64,000 bases of DNA from Candidatus Aenigmatarchaeota archaeon (GTDB taxonomy: Archaea > EX4484-52): contig JAGLPV010000001.1 of NCBI GenBank assembly GCA_023137195.1, forward strand, positions 42,242 through 106,241, given 5' to 3'. Both the position numbers and the translations under genes were made by a program. The stretch's first letter is position 1. Every line of letters starts with the position of its first letter. Below, one piece after another: positions 19,912 to 26,729 of the stretch. The notes beneath the pieces are model-generated. The model did not search any database and was not told the origin of the DNA. It saw nothing but the letters and a program-made list of their open reading frames with translations.

Positions 19912-19952
19912 GTTCAACTAAAAAGGAGGGCGGCAATTTGCCTCCACCCTTC
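19912..19952 (-). repeat. Bro-N core repeat, copy 2 (gene relic)
   Basis: gttcaactaaaaaggagggcggcaatttgcctccacccttc. The minus strand reads SEGWRQIAALLFS*. Homologous to 18799-18845 and 21268-21313. Confidence 0.6.
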
Positions 19953-19992
19953 GCTAAAATTATTGTAGATTTTCATGACATAAAAATAGAAA

Positions 19993-20199
19993 CTAAACGC
20001 TTAAAACCTCGATAGGGGTGCTTTTGTTTGCGTGTTTTAAAACATTGAGTTTTTCAAATCCAATTATGTTATTATTTTTGTCTTTTTTTAGTATTACTTC
20101 CTCTCCTGTTTCTTCGCAAATAAACTCTTTTTTTGCGTCATCAAACCATACATCTAAAGTATTTGTTTGGGTGTTTAATATGACTTTTATTTTTTCCAT
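19993..20199 (-). CDS. DUF2283-like small protein (putative antitoxin-type partner)
   Basis: 68 aa. MEKIKVILNTQTNTLDVWFDD...EETGEEVILKKDKNNNIIGFEKLNV matches the DUF2283 (YuzE-like) pattern. It overlaps the upstream gene by 13 nt. Confidence 0.65.
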   Translation of the reverse strand: MEKIKVILNTQTNTLDVWFDDAKKEFICEETGEEVILKKDKNNNIIGFEKLNVLKHANKSTPIEVLSV

Positions 20200-20522
20200 A
20201 TTTCTTCTCCTTCTTTTATTTTGTCTGTAATATATGTGGTTATGAGTATTTTTTTGATTTTATTTACAACCACGCATATATAACGCGGCTTATTATTATA
20301 AACTATTCTCCTGTAAATTAAATATACATTCTCGTCTGTTTTGCTTTGCCTTATTATTTCAGGGTCTTCTAATGTTTTTATGATGTCTTTTTCTTTGTTT
20401 TTCATCATAGGGTGTTTAATTGTGATAATATAATCCCAATAGCTTTCTGAAAGAGAGATGCTGGTATTCAAACGAGTCATTATCTCAAATTTTATTGTTT
20501 TTTTAACTGGCTTATTTTCCAT
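20187..20522 (-). CDS. Putative toxin-like protein (DUF4258/RelE-barnase-like layout)
   Basis: 111 aa. ...HPMMKNKEKDIIKTLEDPEIIRQSKTDENVYLIYRR...YICVVVNKIKKILITTYITDKIKEGEEIW resembles small toxins found paired with DUF2283. Assigned by pattern and pairing only. Confidence 0.5.
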   Translation of the reverse strand: MENKPVKKTIKFEIMTRLNTSISLSESYWDYIITIKHPMMKNKEKDIIKTLEDPEIIRQSKTDENVYLIYRRIVYNNKPRYICVVVNKIKKILITTYITDKIKEGEEIWKK

Positions 20523-20573
20523 ATTATGATTTTATTGTTTTCTTTTTACTGATTATTATAAATCCAATATTTT

Positions 20574-21474
20574 TCAACTTTTTTCCTCTAATTTCTTCCT
20601 ATTTTCCTTTAAATCCAGATAATTATCCTGGGAGACTATTTTTATTCCAAAACTCTTTTCTGCATCAATTCTTGCCCTTCCTGCGACTTTTCCGCCTTCT
20701 ATTGCTGTATCTTTGTTTTGGATAAAGCCCTGCGCATCTTTCTTTCGTGTTGCTTCTGTTGTTAATTTCTCGCCCAGCATTGAAAAGATAAGCTCTAAAT
20801 CAGCCATCCTAAAAAACCCGAAGGGGTTTTTGGGACACCAAAAATCTATGATTTTTGCGTGTGTGATCCCTTAAATTCTGGTTTTTGAATTTTGGGTCGA
20901 GTCCTTTAATTTGTTTGTGCGCTTTAATAGGGACTCCGAAAGTGGCTTTGGAGATTTCATTTGTCAGGATTGCGTAATCTCTTTTTTCTTCTATTCCTCT
21001 GTTTTTCCACTCTTCTGTTAATTCCTGTCTTATGGCGATTCCTCTTAAGCGTTTGTCAATCCAGTCTTTTGGGTATCCTTTTAATTCGTAGTATTCTTTT
21101 GCCCTGTCCTGTGCGAGTTCAGGGTTTTGAATTTCCTGTATTCTTTCGTATCCGACTTTTGCGAGCCATTGCTTGAATGGTTCTGCTTTGAGGGAAGGGA
21201 TTGATTGGATAAGACGAAAAGCTCCTTTCGTGGAGACGCAATTGAGCTTCTGAAGACCTCCGGCAGTTTCAACTGAAAGGGGGGTGGCAATTTGCCCCCA
21301 TCCTTCTGCAAAACTTTCGTCTCTTCGTCTCATGTCCTTTAAATATCCTTTTGGGTCTTTGCTGTCAGTGAGGATGGCAATGATGTCTGCGGCAACAAAC
21401 CACCATTCGTCATTAAACCATGTTCTTCTGATTTTTTGTCCCTCGAATATTGCAAGTGAGTTGGTTTGGTTCAT
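20574..21474 (-). pseudogene. Bro-N / DinD-like (DNA-damage-inducible protein D family) gene split by a 55-nt insert
   Basis: The 5' ORF (20809-21474) has the Bro-N core FAEGWGQIATPLSVETAGGLQKLNCVSTKGAFRLIQSIPSLKAEPFKQWLAKVGYERI. It reads ...NLRDH, then runs into 17 junk codons and a stop. The 3' ORF (20574-20807) starts MADLELIFSMLGEK..., which is the expected continuation. The insert at 20808-20862 forms two hairpins. Confidence 0.7.
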
Positions 21475-21477
21475 ATT

Positions 21478-22794
21478 TTACCTAAATTTAGTCCAATTAA
21501 AGCCTTTATCATGGCTTTTTTCAAGATATATTCCTTTATATCCGAGTATTTCTAACATAAATCTTTCAAAAATATTTAATGCTAAATAATATGCTTTTGT
21601 AGTTTTTTTAAAAGTTATTTTTTTAATTGGATTTTTTGATTTTCCTTCATGAATAACTAAATTTCTAATATCTATTAGAAGTTTCAAATTTTTTTCAGAG
21701 TATCTAAATTTTTCTAGATTAAAAATTTCTTCTAAAATTTCTTTAAAACTTTTTTTAATTCGCTTTCCTTTTTTATTTTTTATATAATTTCCTTTATTAT
21801 CTCTTTTATGTTCGTCAATCAAACAACTTTTAATATATCTTTCTTTCAATGCTTCAAACAAGATTGCAATTAGTGCAAATTTTGCCTCTAATGTAACGCA
21901 ACGAAAAGATTCTATGTAAAATTCAATTAAATCGTGAAAGTCATTGATTTTATTTAAAATCGCTTCAAAATTTGGATATGTTTTTTCAATAACATCAGAA
22001 ATAGGATTTGAATAACTAAATCGAAGAATGCCATCATTTTCCGAATAAGGATATTTTTTATCATCAAAATAAATTCTCTTTAAGGCATTATCTTGTACAA
22101 TTTCAATTTTTTCTAAAGAAACATAGTTTGCAGTATAGAATGACAATAAATACAACAACTGATGTATAGTTTTTGTTTTATTAGAAATATAAATAGAATT
22201 AGTTTCGAATCGAATAATAGCAGTAGTCTGACATATTCCATAATACTCTAAAAGATCTTTAGAATTTTTATCATAATAGTATGGACATACCCTATATTTT
22301 TGTTTGTCAATAAAAAAATCCCTTTTGTAAACACTTATTTTTCCAAGATTCATATTATTCAAATAATATCTTACTTCTTTTTTGCCTCTAATAAATTTGC
22401 CTTCTTTTATTTCTAAATCACATGGAAGAAATTTCCATATTTGACGCCCTTCTGACCCACATAGAATATTTTTTTTAATTACAATTTTCTCTTCATTTTC
22501 ACTTATGCCTTCAAATCGGAATATTTTTTTTGATATTTTTTCGTCTATATCTAGAAAAATATTATTATCCGAATATAAAAAAAACTCTTTAACTCCATTA
22601 GAATAAATAATTAATCGAAAATTACCAGATATTACCAAACCCTTTTTATTAATTGTTTTGCCTTTGCCAGAATATTCTTCAGATTTTTTAATTTGCTTTT
22701 TTTGTTCCGCACATGTTTTTTTTAGTTCTTCGTTTTCTTTTCTTAATTTTTCATTTTCTTCCACAAGATTATTATTTTCTTCTATTTTACTCAT
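21478..22794 (-). CDS. Coiled-coil protein with a C-terminal HEPN-like Rx4H motif (candidate ApeA-like abortive-infection RNase)
   Basis: 438-439 aa. N-terminal heptad-like EENEKLRKENEELKK. The C-terminal helical region contains LEAKFALIAILFEALKERY and IDIRNLVIHEG (RNLVIH at 21649-21666). Its ATG at 22794 overlaps the TGA of the upstream 34-codon ORF. Coding status is solid; the function is hypothesis. Confidence 0.75.
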   Translation of the reverse strand: MSKIEENNNLVEENEKLRKENEELKKTCAEQKKQIKKSEEYSGKGKTINKKGLVISGNFRLIIYSNGVKEFFLYSDNNIFLDIDEKISKKIFRFEGISENEEKIVIKKNILCGSEGRQIWKFLPCDLEIKEGKFIRGKKEVRYYLNNMNLGKISVYKRDFFIDKQKYRVCPYYYDKNSKDLLEYYGICQTTAIIRFETNSIYISNKTKTIHQLLYLLSFYTANYVSLEKIEIVQDNALKRIYFDDKKYPYSENDGILRFSYSNPISDVIEKTYPNFEAILNKINDFHDLIEFYIESFRCVTLEAKFALIAILFEALKERYIKSCLIDEHKRDNKGNYIKNKKGKRIKKSFKEILEEIFNLEKFRYSEKNLKLLIDIRNLVIHEGKSKNPIKKITFKKTTKAYYLALNIFERFMLEILGYKGIYLEKSHDKGFNWTKFR

Positions 22795-22898
22795 CACAAC
22801 CCTCCTTCAACAACTTTAATCTCATCATCATTTAGCTCATACAACAGATAAACCATTCTGTCAATTTCCTTGTCGGTTTCATCTATTTTTTCTTCCAT
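22794..22898 (-). pseudogene. 34-codon relic/mini-ORF duplicating the C-terminal tail of a type IIG methyltransferase
   Basis: MEEKIDETDKEIDRMVYLLYELNDDEIKVVEGGL* compares with the RM C-terminus LKEKIDETDREIDKMVYKLYGLSNEEIGIVEGL* (23551-23655). A ~45-nt nucleotide core is nearly identical. Confidence 0.55.
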
Positions 22899-22933
22899 CT
22901 CATCACAATAATTTTTTTGTTATTTTCATACTT

Positions 22934-23554
22934 TTAATATATGTTGAATCGTTCTCTCAATATGCATCTTGTTTGCTCTAAACTATAAAGCAATCCTTTT
23001 TTATCAGAATTGTCATTTATTATATCCATTATTTTTAAATGATAATAATTGTAAATTTTATCTTTTAAAATAAAATCATATCTTTTGTTTTTGGAGTTTA
23101 TGAAAACATTAAAAGAATCTTGTATTTTTATCATCATGAAATTGATAATGCGGGATTTATCTTCTATTCGATTTATGTATTTTTTTAAATCATTTGTTGA
23201 TCTTTTATCAATTTCATAATCGAGAATACGATAATACAACGATTCATTAGGTAATGGTAATAAATAAAAGGGAATGGATTGTTTTTTATAAGATTCTATC
23301 ATTTTTTCAATTTCATCAATCTTATATTTTAGTGTCCTTAATTGAGCTTTTTGATTTTTATCATGTTCTGATTTTTTAATCCATTCAGCTCCAATAAAAA
23401 TCATGATTGCAAACACTATAGAAATTATTGTAACCGACCCTGCGTGTTTGTCAAAAACTTCAATTAAATAATGAAAGTTACTATATATTAGAGTTAATAA
23501 TATTCCTAAAAAGAGTCCAAATAGGAAATAAATATAATTCTTTTTTTCCATCAT
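22934..23554 (-). CDS. Two-TM membrane protein with a helical cytoplasmic domain, unknown function, coupled to the RM gene
   Basis: 206 aa with hydrophobic segments YIYFLFGLFLGILLTLIY and VTIISIVFAIMIFIGAEW. Its ATG overlaps the RM stop (ATGA at 23551-23554). Confidence 0.7.
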   Translation of the reverse strand: MMEKKNYIYFLFGLFLGILLTLIYSNFHYLIEVFDKHAGSVTIISIVFAIMIFIGAEWIKKSEHDKNQKAQLRTLKYKIDEIEKMIESYKKQSIPFYLLPLPNESLYYRILDYEIDKRSTNDLKKYINRIEDKSRIINFMMIKIQDSFNVFINSKNKRYDFILKDKIYNYYHLKIMDIINDNSDKKGLLYSLEQTRCILRERFNIY

Positions 23555-26500
23555 AATCCCTCAACAATCCCAATTTCTTCATTACTCAATCCATACAATT
23601 TATAAACCATTTTGTCAATTTCCCTATCCGTTTCATCTATTTTTTCTTTCAGTTCTATTAATTCCTTTTTTCGCTCTTCAAAATACCCATCCCATTCATC
23701 CTGCTGTTTTAGAGACAGATTTATTTTTTGCTTTTTCAATTCGCCCAAAAAATCGGCAAAATTCAGATTAAAGAATTTATCTAATTTTTTTGTAATTTTT
23801 TCTAAATTTAAATTCTGCTTTAGTCGGCTTAAAAATTTGTTTTTCTTATTGTAAAAGTCCTTATTTAAATCAAGCATTATATCTGCTTTTTCTATGAATA
23901 GAGTTTGTTTTTCAATATCTATTTTTTTAATCGGAAATTTCCTCAAATCATTTAAAATTATTTTTGGAAACATTTTTCTAACAGATTTAGCCGTACTCTT
24001 TAAGAAATAATAAGACATTAAACTACTATTGAGTATAACCAATATATATTTCAAAGAAATATTTGTTCCTTCTTTTTCTATGATGGCAATATTGCTCCGA
24101 TTGAATAAATATAATTCATCACTAAATGTTGATATAATAGATTTCGGGAATGTTCCTGTAATTTCTCGTATAATTAGTTTAGATCCAGAAAATATATTAA
24201 ATGTTCTGGGGGCGGCAAGATGCTCGCCATATTTTAAATATAAATCACGCCAATTCAAATAATATCTTCCTACATCTTTTCCGTCCAAATATTTATGCGT
24301 GTCTTTATCATATTTGTAATTGAAATCATATGGTCTCTTTTTCACATCTTCTGCTGTTTGTTTGGGATTTCCTTTTCCATCTTCGTATGCTTGTAAACCT
24401 GCTTTTATGGTTGTTAAATCATTCAAGATACTTGAATTTGCTTTTAGTTTATTTAATAGTTTTTTGCTGTTATCATCAAAAAATACTTTAAATTCAAAAT
24501 CATCATCATTCTTAAAATCTTCTTGATTTTTTGAATGCGAGAATTCAAATAGTTTTCCTCTGCTCATTAAAATATTTATTTTATTAGTTTTTGTGTTTTG
24601 TTTTTTTGCATTAAAAATTATGGTTTCTACATTTACTCCTTCAAATGAATAACCAGATAAATTTATTATCTCTTTGATTTCGGAGGTTTTTAATATATAT
24701 TCTCTTAATTTCTTTGCAGAATTTACCATTAGCCAAGCATTTGGGACAATTAATCCATAATTCCCAGAATTCTTTAATAGAGCTATAGATTTCTCGATAA
24801 ATAATACATAAGTATTTACTTGATATTGGGCAGAATCATAATTGGACGAGTAATAATTTTTCTCTTCTTCGGATATTTTTTCTCTGGCAAAAATGTAAGG
24901 CGGATTCCCCACAACAACATCAAACCCGCCTTTCTCAAAAATCTCTTTAAACTCATCTCCCCACTTAAACGCCTTTTTCCCGGCAACTGCCTCATCATCA
25001 ATCAATGAATTTCCGCATTTGATATTTTCAGACAAACTGATTAATTTCTTGTTTTTTCTGGCAATTTTCAAAAACAGGGACAATTTTGTAATTTCAACAG
25101 ATTCTTCATTCAAATCCACGCCGAAAATATTATTCTGGATTATTTCCTTTGCCTCTTCCTCTTCGCTCCATTTTTTAAGCATTAATTGATTTTTTCCTTT
25201 GCTAAATGATGTGTATTGTCCGCTGTCCTGCTTGAACAGCCCGATTTCCCTGTGGATTTCCAGAAGAACATCAACTGCTTTTATCAAAAAAGCACCACTG
25301 CCGCAGGCAGGGTCAAGTATTTTTATATTGGCAAATTTTTCCTCAAGTTCTCTCATATTGCCGGAATATTCCAGAACCAGCTCTTTTGGAGTTTTGGCGG
25401 ATTTCTTTGACAAATAAGGGATGATGGTATTCCTGCAAATATAGTCTGTGATATATTCAGGAGTGTAAAATATGCCTTCCTTTTTTCTTTTTGAAATTTT
25501 GGATTCTTTCAGCGCATCTATATCGCTGAGGGACTGCTCGAAAATATGCCCGAGTATATTGACGCTGACCTCTGTCTTAAAGTCAAAAGAAGCCATCAAT
25601 AAAATGTTTTTCACTATCGGGTTTATTTTCCCGCTGTATTTGTCAATTGACTTTTGGGTGATTTCATCCAGATTTGCATCCTTTGCAAGACTGGAATTCT
25701 GGTAAATTTCAGAAAAAAAGCCCTTGTCCCGCATATCCTTAAAATAGATTTTCCGGGGTATCGGCATCCTGAAAAATTCCCCATTGAATCCGAATATTTT
25801 TATAGGGGTCGAAGCCCCTTTGTCAAGAGATAAAAACAAATCCGTTATTGAATCGCAGATGTAATGAGAATGCTCTGATATTGGCGTTGATTCCACTATA
25901 TTTACGACCCTGTCTTCAAAAATCCTTTTAGGAAGTTTGTCTGTGTCTTCTGCAAAAAAGATAAACATCAGGCGATTCAAAAATATCTGCGCAAAATGAA
26001 TGGGAGTATTTACTTTGTCGTGAAGCTCCTCGTTTTCTGCAAATTCCTTTATCAGCATCAGGCGGGTTTCATGAAACAATTTGTAAAATTCCTTTGTAAA
26101 GTTCTTTTCCTCTTTGATTGATTCATTTTCTGCTTTTTGGACAAAACCGCTTTCAATGCTTTTTTTGCCAAAAACAGCAATAAATTCCTTTAGTTTGCTG
26201 TCGCTGTTTTTGATGTCGAGAAAATCAAATATATGGTATTTGTCGTAGCTTTTGCCTCTATCGAACAAAACAAAATGCCTGTAATTTGTAAGAATGCCGT
26301 AAGGTATTTCGTATTTGCTCAAATAATCCCATATCTGGTTTACAGGCGTTGCTCTTGTTTTTGTATCTCTGCCCTGATATGCCCATAAATCTTTTGTTTT
26401 TGCGCCTTTTGCCTCAAAGCAAACCAATTTTTTTGAGTTTGAATCATTGAAAAGAAATTCAATATTGTGCCTTTCAAAATCAAAGTTTTTTGTGTTGTAG

Positions 26501-26679
26501 TCCAGTAAATTGTTTAATATTGTATCTGCAAACCTGAAATAATTTTTCTTCTCATCCTCTAATTTGTTATTTTCCAGCAATTCAATCCATTTTTTAGCAG
26601 CTTTTTTTTGCGATGCAGACGGCAAAGTATCAGAGCAAAGTTTTTCAAGAGTTTTTGGCTTGAACAAATTAGTTTCCAT
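23551..26679 (-). CDS. Type IIG (single-chain, Eco57I/MmeI-like) restriction endonuclease / N6-adenine DNA methyltransferase
   Basis: The N-terminus has a PD-(D/E)xK-like VCFEAKGAKT plus GILTNYRHFVLFD. The AdoMet motif ILDPACGSGAFL is at 25288-25317. The catalytic GNPPY has its NPPY at 24895-24906. A long C-terminal target-recognition region ends in the MVYKLYGLSNEEI tail. The start is probably METNLFK at 26679; the track start is 26697. Confidence 0.85.
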   Translation of the reverse strand: METNLFKPKTLEKLCSDTLPSASQKKAAKKWIELLENNKLEDEKKNYFRFADTILNNLLDYNTKNFDFERHNIEFLFNDSNSKKLVCFEAKGAKTKDLWAYQGRDTKTRATPVNQIWDYLSKYEIPYGILTNYRHFVLFDRGKSYDKYHIFDFLDIKNSDSKLKEFIAVFGKKSIESGFVQKAENESIKEEKNFTKEFYKLFHETRLMLIKEFAENEELHDKVNTPIHFAQIFLNRLMFIFFAEDTDKLPKRIFEDRVVNIVESTPISEHSHYICDSITDLFLSLDKGASTPIKIFGFNGEFFRMPIPRKIYFKDMRDKGFFSEIYQNSSLAKDANLDEITQKSIDKYSGKINPIVKNILLMASFDFKTEVSVNILGHIFEQSLSDIDALKESKISKRKKEGIFYTPEYITDYICRNTIIPYLSKKSAKTPKELVLEYSGNMRELEEKFANIKILDPACGSGAFLIKAVDVLLEIHREIGLFKQDSGQYTSFSKGKNQLMLKKWSEEEEAKEIIQNNIFGVDLNEESVEITKLSLFLKIARKNKKLISLSENIKCGNSLIDDEAVAGKKAFKWGDEFKEIFEKGGFDVVVGNPPYIFAREKISEEEKNYYSSNYDSAQYQVNTYVLFIEKSIALLKNSGNYGLIVPNAWLMVNSAKKLREYILKTSEIKEIINLSGYSFEGVNVETIIFNAKKQNTKTNKINILMSRGKLFEFSHSKNQEDFKNDDDFEFKVFFDDNSKKLLNKLKANSSILNDLTTIKAGLQAYEDGKGNPKQTAEDVKKRPYDFNYKYDKDTHKYLDGKDVGRYYLNWRDLYLKYGEHLAAPRTFNIFSGSKLIIREITGTFPKSIISTFSDELYLFNRSNIAIIEKEGTNISLKYILVILNSSLMSYYFLKSTAKSVRKMFPKIILNDLRKFPIKKIDIEKQTLFIEKADIMLDLNKDFYNKKNKFLSRLKQNLNLEKITKKLDKFFNLNFADFLGELKKQKINLSLKQQDEWDGYFEERKKELIELKEKIDETDREIDKMVYKLYGLSNEEIGIVEGL

Positions 26680-26729
26680 TAGTATAAATACTCTCAAATC
26701 TTATAAATTTATTCAATATGCAAACGATT

